A stretch of 54,925 nt of DNA, filler included, from Sphacelaria rigidula (taxonomy: Eukaryota), in assembly GCA_964200075.2 (NCBI GenBank). It is 6 parts of 6 records of this genome, joined end to end, with 100 filler letters (N's around TTAATTAATTAA, not from the genome) between each part and the next. Parts side by side here need not be neighbours in the genome. Positions count along the whole stretch, not along the records: positions 1 to 9,072 come from CAXNAA020009371.1; positions 9,173 to 18,243 come from CAXNAA020009372.1; 4 more parts are not named here. The stretch is one strand, 5' to 3'. Below are positions 1 to 12,094 of this stretch, one piece after another. Under the pieces are notes generated by a model. That model ran no database searches and was not told the DNA's origin. It saw nothing but the letters and a program-made list of their open reading frames with translations. The position numbers and the translations under genes were made by a program. How positions within the stretch are numbered: the stretch's first letter is position 1; each line of letters opens with the position of its first letter.

Positions 1-315
1 CACAAAGGGTTGTGTGGAAAAGTGATGGGGACAATAATATCATCCAAAGCCACAAGTGGCGGGCGGCCCGCCGGTCGCCGCATCCCGCTGAAAGCTCTCT
101 ACCGCGACCCATCTTGCTTGCTACATCAGATGTACATTACCCAACACACACCCTGCACCTGAATATAGATTGGATGAAAATTTCGGTCTTTCTCATAACC
201 ATGGGTTACATACGCGGATTTTCAACAGCATATCACTGTTTCGTGCAGACGTCACACACGTCATTCCTAACCAGCCTCATCGGTCGTTCTGAGGGCCCGG
301 TCCCAAAGAGGGTAA
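1..315. mobile_element. Dispersed non-autonomous repeat (piggyBac-like MITE), partial copy cut by the window start
   Basis: Aligns by eye along its length with 8026-8359 (e.g. CATCCAAAGCCACAAGTG, GAAAGCTCTCTAC, CACGTCATTCCT, GGCCCGGTCCCAAA). Ends GGTCCCAAAGAGGGTAA. Confidence 0.7.
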
Positions 316-325
316 ATTTTTTCGC

Positions 326-443
326 AACAAACAATGACTCGAGTGCTCGCCCTATTTCTTTTTCCCCACAACAACGAGCAATGACTTGAGTGCTCGCCCC
401 ATTACTTTCTTCCCACAACAAGCAATGACTCAAATGCTCGCTC
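326..443 (+). repeat. Tandem repeat, ~46-bp unit, about 2.5 copies
   Basis: AACAA(A/G)CAATGACTYRAGTGCTCGCCC occurs three times, separated by mutually similar pyrimidine-rich spacers. Confidence 0.75.
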
Positions 444-1377
444 TAATAATAATGTTTTACGGCCAACGAGCAGCCCAACGAGTGCGAGTGCCACGAGTCA
501 CATTCGTGCTCGTCCGGCATGTGAAATGCTTCGCAAGATAAAAGTCGCAAAAATGTAGTCGCAAAAAAAAAACTTTAGTCGAATTCTACCCGCAGCAGAA
601 ACCGAATTCACTTCGTGAAACTGAAATTGCTTTCGCCTTCCTACGAAGCCGGGACAAAGCACGCCCGGTTTTTGCCGGACTACGCTCGCAATCAATCACC
701 GAGCGCGAAGCGCCGTGATGTGTTCGCCGAGTCGCATGAATACTGCATCCTGCTAAGATTGTTCGGCTCAGAGTTCACTGATAGATTGCTCTGCTTCGCA
801 TCGCGCTTCCCGTTTTCTTTTCCTTTGTTAATCTGCATACAAGTAGGATGGAAGTTACACGTAGGATGAAAATCACGGATGGCAATTACGATGGAAAAGG
901 AGCATCATCGGCATACAAGTAGAAGCACAGAAAGAAACACTTGAAATTCATGAAGAATAAATCCACTAAAGCCCTCGCGTCTCGCATACGTGAGCAACAT
1001 ACAGTCTATATAGCCACACGACGTCGTTCCACGTTTGCCACCACTAGTAGATCTGTCTTAACGTGCACGTACAAGACCTGTCTCATATCACTTTCACGAA
1101 AATCAATATTTGGGGAAATAATTTTCGAGAGAGCGGATGGACATTCGCGTGAGAATGCCAAGGACAACGTCACATGGTTGCAAGGCGTGGGCTGTTGGGC
1201 TCTTCCTGCGACAGACAGTTGGCTTCCCGTCACTAGCAGTAGCCACGCTGGCTTCAATCCCATCACCAGCAGCAGCCACGCGCACAGCTCCCACAGAGCA
1301 CAGAGTGATGCGCACAGCTATATCTCCCAGAACTTTGCCGAGTGCAAGCATAAACCCATCAGCGGCTAGTACGTACC

Positions 1378-2944
1378 AGCGCTGTCCAGCACGGTGCACA
1401 CGTGGACAGATAGTACCCTGTGGGGCACGTCTACAGGAATCAGGGAAACTGCGTGCAGTGTTTCTCGCGGGGATTTGACTGTAGGGTATTGTTTTGCGCC
1501 ACACAGTACACTTCACATGGTTTCATCACCCCGTGAACTGTTCATTGTTGCCAATATGCCGAAGAGTGTTATAACGCACACACAATATACTCCACCTTAC
1601 AGCGCGGGCACGGTACTGGTAATAAATCATTTTTTTTGCCCAATTGGAAGTCTGCTATCCGAAATAGATATTTTTTCTGTCCGATTGAAAAATTGGGCAA
1701 AAAAGTGATTCATTATGGACAGCTTCTCTAAAAATAAATTTACAGACTTTGTAGCAAAATAACTTGGAATTTTCAAATGGGTGCCTCCCCACAGGGTTGC
1801 TTGCAGGGTTTCGACAAAAACGCTTTACAAAATAACAGCGGATCTTGAAAAATGGGATCCATCTTAAAAATGAGGTTCAAGTGGCATTTTTTTGCAGGGA
1901 TGACGCGAAACAGTTACGACCGAGCGAAGCCATCTTCCCCCCCAAATGTTCGCAGCAGTTAAGCAGCTGTGGCTAGGTACACCTCACTAATGCGGTGTAC
2001 ACGCCTGTCGATGACGATATCCAGAGATACAATCAACGACACAGTGAAAGCTCCTCGCCCGTGTCCTTTGTGTGTCCTCGCTCAGCGATTACCAATCGCT
2101 CGAGAGACTGGCATCGTCGATGTTACCAGTATGTACCCAATTTTCCATGTGCCAAAACATCGAACTGCGGAGAGATTTCGTCTCCTCTCGCCTGTGGAGC
2201 TCACCAATGCGAAATCGATTTCTCTTTGCCTTTTTTTTTGGACAGGACGCGCCTCTGTGCGCTAAAACAAATGTCGTTGAAAAATAGGGCAATGTTCCCG
2301 TCATCGCTACTACTGTTGCCTGTCACACACATGCCAACAAGGGCGGTGCTGCGGGGGAAGCAACAGATATATCCAATTTGAACTTGGGGGGTAATATTCA
2401 TCGTTGATTTTTACCCGACATGTATGTGAGTGACCCTCAGGGTGTCCAACGACAAGAGCGTGCGAGACACCAGTTGAAAGGTGTGTGTGTGTGGGGGGGG
2501 GGGGGGTATGAGACATCAAACACTTGTGGATACCTTCTTGATATGCGTAGTGAAAAAAGATACATATGGCAGTGATCTAACCGATGCGAGCGTCGTGCAG
2601 ACGGATACGTCCATGCTGCCATATGGAGCACTCGCTGGCTGCGTGAACACCTCGGTACAGTATCTTCCCTGAATTAATTCCGATGTAACCAGGTCATGCA
2701 TTACAACTTGGGACGAGATATGACCCCACGAAGAACAAGGGTGCTCCTTGGTCAACCACTTGTCGTTGCATTCGAAACTCACGCCATCAACCGCCGACCA
2801 CAAAGGTCTTGTGGCTTTCAAGCAACGCTGGCGGCCGTACGGCATGCAAACCCGATCATAGCTAGCTTTCGTCGCTCTACTGGACTGGCTGGCGTCTGCA
2901 CAGAGGTCGCCCGGCGTAGCAACATGTACCAAATTTCGCAACCT
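1378..2944 (-). CDS. Putative exons of an unidentified protein-coding gene (partial)
   Basis: Phase-consistent GT-AG chain: 2944-2564 (RLRNLVHVATPGDLC...VRSLPY), 2191-2137 (ARGDEISPQFDVLAHGKL), 2065-1983 (HGRGAFTVSLIVSLDIVIDRRVHRISE), possibly 1431-1378 (TCPTGYYLSTCAPCWTAL). No recognisable domain. Confidence 0.3.
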
Positions 2945-4810
2945 CTGAAAGCAAAACAGTTCGGTTTTCCCAACTACATAAACGTGATTAAAAGGACTCT
3001 CGTGATCTGAGTAAATGTGGCTTCCCTGTCCTCCCACCAGGTATTAAAGAAGGACGACAGAGTTTTTGCAATCGCATGTCATCACTCGCGAGGAAACATT
3101 TAGGTACTCCTCTATGAAATTCCGCGTCCTCCAACCTGCAAACCGTTTACCGCCCGTTTCTTGCTAATAGGAACGTCAAACTGTCAATGTATGTTCCGTT
3201 CTATACTGATTGCGGTATTTTCATGTCAGGAAAGTTTGGTATTGCTGTTTCACAGTATCTTCGCACGTGTGGACGGATCCAAAGCAGCCACTTTTGTCCA
3301 TATAGATGACCTCGAATGAGTTGCGTCATTTTCTGGCATCGCTACTTCCAGAGACAGGCACGGTTTACACTCTCACTTCTTGGATTTCTCACCCTTTCGA
3401 CATCACGTGGTACGATCATCCCCTGTGCGCGAAGTAGCGGTTTTTTCACCATATAAACGATATGATCTAGCTCGGCCACCATCATGGCTGCCGCAAACAC
3501 AACGCAAGCGCGCAAAACAAAACGAAACGTGTTTGCCTAGCTTACGCAGGTATTGGCGTGCTTTACAGCGTCATTGCTGACCAACGCCAACCTCATACGA
3601 TGTCCGTCCCCATAAAGCCGGGACGGAGCACACCGGGTTTTCGCCGGTCCAGGCGAGCAAGCTGCGGGGGGGTGAGGGTGTTTTCGCCGGCCCAGGCGAG
3701 CAAGCTGTGGGGGGGTGAGGGGGGGGGGGTACTGCGTGTGACAGGAGGCGGGTTCGGTGCGTTTGTAATACACGAAAGCCTCCGCCTGCGCACATGCATC
3801 TGACTATATATCATACACACTCTGAATTGAAACAAGATAGAATACAACAAAACGTCAACACCAACCTGCACGAAGGATCATACAAAATAAATGAGGTCGA
3901 TATTCGAGGGAGAGATAAAAATCTGTTTCTGATTATTGCACATTGAGCACAATGAATTGACCCACGATACGAAGAGTCTAGACGACCGCAAGATAGACGA
4001 TGTACCCCCAAGATGAAAAGAATAGTGGGAGCATTTGCCGGAGGAACCCCGACAAAAGCGGGGCAACGGAAAATACAGTTTTCAGAGAACAAAGCAGAGA
4101 TACGCAGAGATGAGAAAAACAAAAAAATTAAGAAAAAAACACCAGGCTTGACATCCAGTAGTATTCACCTCCAGAGAAATCCTAACAGCCCCTTGCCAGA
4201 GCTTGAGGTGAGGAGGCCGTAAAAAAAGCAATGCCACGAAAGTGAGGAGGTTGAGACTCAGTTATTTGGGGCCTGCACCATTCGGGCGGGAACACTCATG
4301 TTATTCATGATGGTCTCTTTTACGCGGTAAAAGAATGGCGCTTCTTTTGACAAAAATGAATGAAATTATCAGAAAAAAAACACAAGAACTAAAACACGAT
4401 TCTCAATCTTGGGCATGTCAACTACCGTACAAGAGGCCCCAATACTTGCACACATGTACAAAAACCCTCCGAGTGGACGTGAGCGTAAGAGAAAACACAC
4501 GCACACACATAGCTCGTAACTCCTTCGAACCTCAACGGCACCGAATATTTTGTTGTGGGAATCATGATGGCGAAAAACGTAAGACCAGAGAAAAAAAAAA
4601 ATAAGGAAAAAATAAGGAAAAAGAAAAACGCCATGATTTCTGTTTCACAGGGTACGTATGCAGATCTCGTCACGTTTCAATATTGCCCTCGTTCTGAAGG
4701 GGTCAAGGGGGCAACGGTGGGGTCACGTGACATCACATCACGTCGCGCAACGCCACGTGACATGCACAAATATGTATATATTTTTCTATATGAGACGAAG
4801 CAGTCCCCCT

Positions 4811-6381
4811 TCACGATGTCTTCTTGGAGGCATCATCGCCGCTATCGCCTTGCTCTTTTTTGCCGGACAACATCTTGAGCGCTGCTCGAACGATCAGGTA
4901 ACTCCAGTACCACTGCATCAACGTCAGCACGAAGTTGCACAGCGTGCAAAACATCATCACTGGGTAGCTGTGAACGGTACCCGCCTGTATCATCATCGTC
5001 GTGATGGGAAAACATGCGCGCGTCGACACAACAAGGCGCATCACTTAGTTCATGTGCAACAACCAATCGATCAAGTCGAAAAATCGAACCAACAAGAGCT
5101 GACCCTCAAACAAAAACGAAAGAGAGACACGAGGCAACTTCCAGGACCTGCGATCGGCAACCGCCAGTCTCATCGTGACGAACACAACAACAGGCATACG
5201 CCAATATAACACAACATCGGAGGGTAAAGACACACACATACGCATACTCACATCACATACCACACAAGTACAGAAAATACGCCACAAATATATGGCACAC
5301 CGGACAACAGATCACACTGTCAAAAAAGGTACCGCATACAGTATCGACTGTTGCGTCAAAATCAACAGACACGATATTCCATACCGTCCGCAGTACACTG
5401 TCCAGGGTGTGAAATGTATACATATACATATATATATATTTCATCTAGATAGCGTACATGTGACTTCCGGGACTGCTGCCGTTTTGTCCGTCCTACATCG
5501 AATGAAAAAAAGCCAATGAAATAAAACACGGCAAAGAAACTAATTTAAAATAACTAACGGGAAATATGCGACAAATAAAAACAAAGCAGAGACAGAAAAA
5601 ACGTCAGGACATGGAAATAATCTTACTTCCAATTTTCCGTCGCTCCCGACTATTGCATGACGCGTGCAGAACAGAACAATCCATCAATTGTTGTCGCACT
5701 GCTGGACCCCCCCCTCCCCCGCCCCCCTTTCTCGGGACCGGCCTGTTCAATGTTCGGTAGTTGCCCCAATGAATCATCAGTAGGGGATCGTCAGTCCACC
5801 CGTCTCTCGCCACTCTCGGGTAGTTCCCTGCCTGACAAAGCTGTTACCGATCCCTTCACCGGCACTTCCGCAGCCCCTCGAAGTTCGTCGACTTCATTTC
5901 ACTATTACAGCCATTCTTGGACACGACACGGGAGTATATTTACCGTGTTCACACTCAGTACTCATGAAAAACACTGAGCTCATTGCGATTGTCCATGTAC
6001 AGTAATGAAGGTGCAACAATCTGGTACAAAAGAAAAGGAGAAAACCTATATCGCAAAATCTCGGATCAACCACCTGCCTTCAATCAACAACACCTTGACT
6101 GAACTTCACGGACCAACCAAAGTCCAGACTTGTTTTTGAAACGCAGAAAGAAGGCCTCCGTGACAAGCTAAGGATACACATGCAATTGTGCACGTATGAC
6201 GGCCAAGAAAAAAGGGGGAAACACATTCCTCGGGTGGTCAAACTGGCGCATGGCTGGAGCCTGTTACTGTCAGGAGCACCAGATATGAGGATTTATTTTA
6301 CCTCTCTCTTTGTTCAAGTAGTATATGATGCATTTTGTCATTGAAAACGTGAGGACGTGAGAAAAAAATGAAAATAATAAA

Positions 6382-6446
<65 letters not shown>

Positions 6447-8850
6447 CACGGGAGATGGCGCGGTGTGGGAGTGCCAATCCGACCCGCGACGTAGACCAAA
6501 ATGGCAGGCATGTGTTGTACGGGGGCAGAGACGGCTTGATGAATCCCTCAAGACTGGGAACTCATTCCGAGGCGGGGGACGGGTGCATGATGAAAAAACA
6601 AACAAATAACTGAGTATCTTGTCATCGGCCGGTCGTCACCGTTTTGGATTTTGATCTGTGTGAAGCAGCGAACCATGGGGAAAAGTCTCGTGTGCACAGT
6701 AGGTTTCCCTTGAACAGGGCTATTTCAAGTTCTGGTGTTGAAAAGATGGCTGTGGTGCATTTTGTCATCAGTAATTGTGGTCGTTACATGCACGGTTCTC
6801 GATATTGTAGCGTATTGTTGAATATTATCCCACTTGTTTGAGGGGGAATGCGCGGCGTGACATCTTTTTCTGTTTCAGAATGCGGCGTAATAACATTTCA
6901 CCGTTACCGTCTTGTGACCCACGACAGCTGGATTTTCATTAATTTAATGGTGCTTGTGACTACGGGAACGGTGTCTGCTATCATTTGCCCAGTACGGAAA
7001 CTAAGAAGTACTGCTCGCATATCGCAACAGACTTTTATGTAAGACAACAACTACTCGTATTAGCGTATCACTTAATGTGCGACAGTTGAGCAATCTATCA
7101 ATCAACCAATCAACCAATCCGTTTGAACACACACATACACACGTACACACAACGCCGCGTGCACTTACCTTTTGGCAGCCTTCGAAACAAGCACACATTA
7201 ACACTGCTTCAACAGGCAAGACAACAGACAAAACATTTTCCGATTGATTGATGGATTGATTGATTGCCGCACTTAAACTGATCCCCCAGGAGTCATGATC
7301 CAGCCGTGGTCATTATCCACAGGATGGACATACCCAACACAACGACGAAACTCAAACACTCGCCGAAGGAAAGTGAAGAAAATGAAAAAAGGTAGAGCAG
7401 ACAGAGAGAGTAGACTAAGGAGAAGCAAAACAAAACTAGAACGGGCTTCGATGGAAAAGATCTTGCGCAGAAACCACAGCAAAACCCTGTAGTAGAAAAC
7501 AAAACAAGACATGTGCAATACCTGTATGTTTTGGAAGGTATCGTACAGGTGCCGCGCAGACACGGTAGGCCAGTACAGACCCCGCACGAGGATGAACACC
7601 AGGGCGAACGTTATCCGCAGAAAATGGTTCACCGTCGAGAACCTAGCTAGCACGAGAGATCATCAATGCGTGAAGGGGAGGGGACGGGGGGACGGCGCGT
7701 ACTCATTTGTTGTTTGTCTTAGTCGTTCGACCTGGATTCCGCCTATCCCTCTGCCGATGCCGTGCAGAACACAGTAAACATGTATGTAGAGGGCGGGGAC
7801 GAAGAAGCGGTATATAGGCAGCTGATCTCGGTAGCTGAGAACTGCCCAGAACGCAAGGGAGTATGCAGCGGTAGTCGCTGCTGCAGTCGGAGAGGCGTAC
7901 TGCACGGTACTGCACTGCACTGTATGTATGTATGTATGTATGTATGTATGTGCGTCGTAACGCTGATACCCTTTAAGGAAAATTTGTCACTTGTAACAAG
8001 GAGGGAAATTGCAGCCCAACCCGATCACGAAGGGCTGTGTGGCAAGGTGATGGGGAAAATAATACCATCCAAAGCCACAAGTGTCGAGCGGCGCGCCGGT
8101 CGCCACATCCTGTTGAAAGCTCTCTACGGCGACCCATACTGCTTGTTACATCAGATGTACACTACCTAGTGCGCACCCCACCCGAATTTTAGTTTCTACC
8201 TGCACCAGAAAACATTATTAAAGTTTCGGTCTTCCTAATTTTGCGGTTACATACGTGGATTTTCAGCAACATGAAGCCACTGTTTCATGCAGACGCCAGA
8301 CACGTCATTCCTGACCGGCCTCATTGGTCGTTCCGGAGGCCCGGTCCCAAAAAGGTTAAGGGAGCGGGAGTAGAATGCGTGGAGGATAATAATAATGACT
8401 CATTTCGCACTTCAACGGCCCTGAATATTTCTATTTTATACCGACCACTTACACACATTTGTACAACGCAACGCTTAGGGAACGCTACCAAACAGGATAA
8501 TGTCTCAGCGTGTGTACCCCATCTGACGAATGATTTATCCAAGCTCGGAAGAAAAATCGCTTAACCTTGGTTACATTGGTTCGACTTGCGACCAAACCAT
8601 TCACTGCTGGATTACTATTACATACAAGATATCAGCGGAATGTGTGACGAATCAGTCAATCACTCGCCCGACTAATCCATCAATCAACCGACTGATTCGA
8701 TCAATCAACCGACGATGGACCAAATATCATGTATACTATACTCACTTGGCAGCAACATTAGGAAAGTACTTGAAGACGTCCACAAACACCAGCGGGATCG
8801 AGCTGATCTCCGAGATACCCAAGTAAAAAATGGCGTACCAGTGGACGTAG
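4811..8850 (-). CDS. TLC (TRAM/LAG1/CLN8) domain membrane protein, last three exons; 5' part missing at the contig end
   Basis: Exons 8850-8746 (YVHWYAIFYLGISEISSIPLVFVDVFKYFPNVAAK), 7642-7522 (FSTVNHFLRITFALVFILVRGLYWPTVSARHLYDTFQNIQ) and 4984-4811 (AGTVHSYPVMMFCTLCNFVLTLMQWYWSYLIVRAALKM...KKTS*). All introns are GT-AG and phase-consistent. TLC motifs E-x-S-S-x-P, F-x-x-x-R and Q-x-x-W are present, with a C-terminal KKxx ER-retrieval-like signal. Confidence 0.85.
6373..6444 (+). repeat. (AAT)n microsatellite, intronic
   Basis: More than 20 AAT units seen directly. Confidence 0.95.
7969..8355. mobile_element. Intronic non-autonomous DNA element (piggyBac-like), second copy of the 1-315 repeat
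   Basis: Begins CCCTTT and ends AAAGG followed by TTAA (8356-8359). The left TTAA is not intact. Homologous to 1-315. Confidence 0.6.
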
Positions 8851-9072
8851 CTGTCGGCAACGCGCGCGCACAAACACATGGATCATGATACACACATAAG
8901 ATCCAGATGTGGGCAAGACAGACAGACAGATAATCAGACAGATAATCAGACAGACAGACAGACAGACAGACAGACGCAAAGAGCGAGAGAGAGCGGGGGA
9001 GGGGGGGGGGGGGGGGGGGGGCTTTTTTTTTTGTTTTTTTCTTTGTTTTTGCCCTTGCCCCCCCCTCCCTTT

Positions 9073-9172
9073 NNNNNNNNNNNNNNNNNNNNNNNNNNNN
9101 NNNNNNNNNNNNNNNNTTAATTAATTAANNNNNNNNNNNNNNNNNNNNNNNNNNNNNNNNNNNNNNNNNNNN
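9073..9172. other. Artificial contig linker 1
   Basis: 44 N + TTAATTAATTAA (stops in all six frames) + 44 N. Confidence 0.99.
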
Positions 9173-9744
9173 CGAGTAGACCTTCGCTGCCGAAAGCTTG
9201 GTCAACAATTCCCCCACACTTTGTACCAGCTTGTATCCTTCAAGATCTCAAGAAGAAGTCTACATACCGCTTGGTGGTCCTTCTCGTGGGTCATGTGGTC
9301 GGTCATCGGTAAGGTGTTTGTTTCATGAGTGCAGTAGGTCTCAGCATTTATGCCATGCATTGTCCACCCCTTCCCTTCGCTAGGCGCATTTTGCACCTGA
9401 TGTCTGAAATTTCTGGAAATGGCTGACCAGACTTCCACCGCCCAATGGAAACCGGTAAGGTTCTACGGGTATCTCACCACGAGACCCCAACCTCCATGTG
9501 AATTTAACATGGAGGGGGTGATGACCCTACCCTGCCCGTACTGGTTATTATTATTATTATTATATCCATCACGTTAGCTCGATCTCTCGAACCCGTGGTT
9601 ATATCTTCTGTATTTTCGATTTGCATGTAAAGTGGTCAAACTGCACGCTGTTGTTTACATGTCTAGGTTTTAGATTTATTATTGTCTTGCGTTTGTTAAA
9701 ATATGATGGGGAAGAATCTCGGTTATTTTCCGCGATTCCAATTC

Positions 9745-9949
9745 TATGTTCGGGCTGTGTTATGGTAGGTTGAATGAAAAGGAGGGTTAGCTTCTCTATT
9801 TCACGTCTATGTCCGGGCTGTGTTGTGCTAGGTTAAATGAAAAGGAGGGTTAGCTTCTCTATTCCATGTCCATGTCCGGGTTGTGTTATGGTAGGTTAAA
9901 TGAAAAGAAGGGTTAGCTTCTCTATTCCATGTCTATGTCCGGGCTGTGT
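9745..9949 (+). repeat. Minisatellite, ~63-bp unit, about 3.2 copies
   Basis: TATGTCCGGGCTGTGTTATGGTAGGTTAAATGAAAAGGAGGGTTAGCTTCTCTATTCCATGTC repeated head to tail. Confidence 0.9.
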
Positions 9950-10261
9950 ATTTTGTTTCTAGTGGCTGTCCCCGGTATATGTACGATGACAGTCTGTACA
10001 TTAGTCTAGGTTTTGGTGGCCTGTTTACAGCGGCATAAGGGGGCGGGTTACTCGTAATCTTGCATGCCGTAGTTATGTGACCATCGATGGGAAGGATTTG
10101 GGGGAGGGCTATCGCGGCATCATTCCCCACGACACAATATTGGTATTTTATCATGAAACCTCGAGTATTCCACGTCACACATCCGTTATTCTACGGTGCG
10201 TGTTGGGGGTGGCTTCAGTTCGACCACTGCATTTACAACGAAGCATTTAGTTCTACACTGC

Positions 10262-11612
10262 GGTACGCGCGACGTTAGGAGAAGCGAAGATGCATGTACA
10301 AACGCATTTCGTACAAAGGGAGCTGTTATGACCAACTGCCGCCGTATTGAGACCACCATCCGCAAACTTCTTGCGAGGGCCCTTGTCCGGAACAACGACT
10401 CCGGCTCCCAAAGTTTATCATGGAAACTTGGACACACAGAGGTCAAAGGAGGCTGCCGATTCTCTTAACACTATGGCACCGCCTCCACGAGGTCCTGCGT
10501 GCACTACGGGCTATCCCACGCAAGGAAGAAGTAGGGCAGTGGTTCTTTTACTGTATGAAGGTCAAGACCAAGCAATGGGATCACCGGCGTGAGGAACGTG
10601 GGCAAATGGCACCTGGGGGTCGAAAAAGGGGCTGATGAGTTCGGGAAGGCATGACGACGCAAAGAACTCCGCCGATCCGACCTACGTAACAGGCAAGGAA
10701 GGGGCTGAGGCGTTGAGGGTCGCCAATAGGAGAGCCGCCACCACTGATACAACAGCAGCAGCAACAACAACTGCACGCGAGAACGCGAGGAATGCAGGAC
10801 GGAAACTCTCGACAGAGCGACCCGTCTTGTATCTGAATAGAGATGAGTCGGAGAAGCGAGGGTAACGCGGAACCTTCCTACCCCTGTCGCATCCCATCGA
10901 CCGTTAATTACTTTTCTTAATTTGCAACTCTAGTGATGTTGACTAACGGCTTTCCAGTACAGGTTCTGCTTCGTCAATGGGTTTCCGTCCTTCCTCCATC
11001 CTTTAATCTTCAGCTGCCTCTCTCTCTCTCTAGCATCTCTGTTCTTCCTTTTCTATCATCCCTTTGTGTTTTTCTTTGTTGTTCGACTGCTGTCATACCC
11101 GTGTTTGTGCCGCGTTTCTACACGGCTCGCGGATATGAGTTCATGTACATTAGCGTGATTTCCGAAGAACTGACTCACAACCTGCTTTCACGACCATTTT
11201 TTGCAATTTCAATTTGTTTTGTCTTGTATTGCTTGCTTACCTGAAGACATACGCCAGGGGCCGGCCATTGTTTTTTGCTCGCTTGTTTTCAGGAGGATAG
11301 GTACTAGAACGACGTTCACGTTATTGTTTTTTTCTTCTTCCTTTCCTTTCCTTTCCTTTCCTTTCCCTTCCTCTTCCTCTTCCTTCTCAGACTTTGTCTT
11401 CTTGTTTGTTTCGCTTTTACTTTTGGTTCGTTTTTGTTGCATTTCTCGTTTTTCACTTTACTCTATCCTTTTCCTTTCTCCATCCTCGTTCCCCTCTCTT
11501 CTTGTGCTTCCTTCAGCTAGGATTTCGTGTTTTGTTGCCTTGGGAACGTCTCCCTGATGACCATGGCCGGAACCCTAGGAGACACCTAGTGTGCGACAGT
11601 CAATAAATTAAA
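10262..11612 (+). mobile_element. 5'-truncated non-LTR retrotransposon (RTE-like LINE): degenerate ORF2 C-terminus and 3' UTR
   Basis: Frameshifted peptide pieces IETTIRK..ARALVRNNDS/RLPKFIM...LRALRAIPRK...WHLGVEKGADEFGKA resemble the post-RT tail of RTE-clade ORF2 (R-x-P-K motif). These are followed by a pyrimidine-rich UTR and an end at ...GTGCGACAGTCAATAAATTAAA. Confidence 0.6.
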
Positions 11613-11643
11613 TGATGTGTACAGCTGTCAGTGATATGTGTAC

Positions 11644-11900
11644 TGTAGCCAAATGATACCAAGCCGTAGGGTTCCTTCTGTGTAATCGCATCCATGATTG
11701 GAGCAGTGGCAGGGGACAGGGGATCCTGGATTGATGGCCCTTTTCTGTGTGGCCCCTTGCTGTCTGGCATGTGATCTGTTGAGGATCACTCCGAGATAAC
11801 GACAAATTAGGAGAAAGGGCTTGTCGAGCACGAGGCCAGTGATACTGGAGGAGTCCCTCGTTGAAAGTCCTGTTGTCCAGATCGTCTGGCAGAGGCTACA
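11644..11900 (+). repeat. 5' LTR (257 bp)
   Basis: Direct repeat of 17134-17395 with about 11 substitutions and one 5-nt indel by manual count. Has a 7-bp terminal inverted repeat. Confidence 0.95.
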
Positions 11901-12094
11901 ATATCTAAATATTATTCTCGACACTCTGTTGGAAGAGTTGGGCTGAGGAGAAGGAGCCGCAGCTGGAAGCCAGTTTGGCCCGCACACGGGAGGAGACCAA
12001 CTTGAAGCGGACAGCAGGGGAGGACGCTCCGTGAGCTGGAGGACGTACAAGTAAGGCAAGAGTCTCTCAGTGAAGTGTTTGGATCCTAGATGAC

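Noticed and set aside
326..443. CRISPR-like repeat-spacer pattern
   Set aside because: The spacers resemble each other, there are only three degenerate units, the context is eukaryotic and no cas genes are present. It is an ordinary tandem repeat.
6270..6613. Poly-Leu/poly-Ile ORFs (also poly-Thr at 26621-26944)
   Set aside because: They are translations of (AAT)n and (GTT)n microsatellites.
9117..9128. TTAATTAATTAA as a biological motif
   Set aside because: It is an artificial six-frame stop linker embedded in N runs.
10632..11570. Hammerhead ribozyme cores at CTGATGA sites (10632, 11555, 46023; reverse strand 23660)
   Set aside because: No stem II followed by GAAA and no closing stems could be built.
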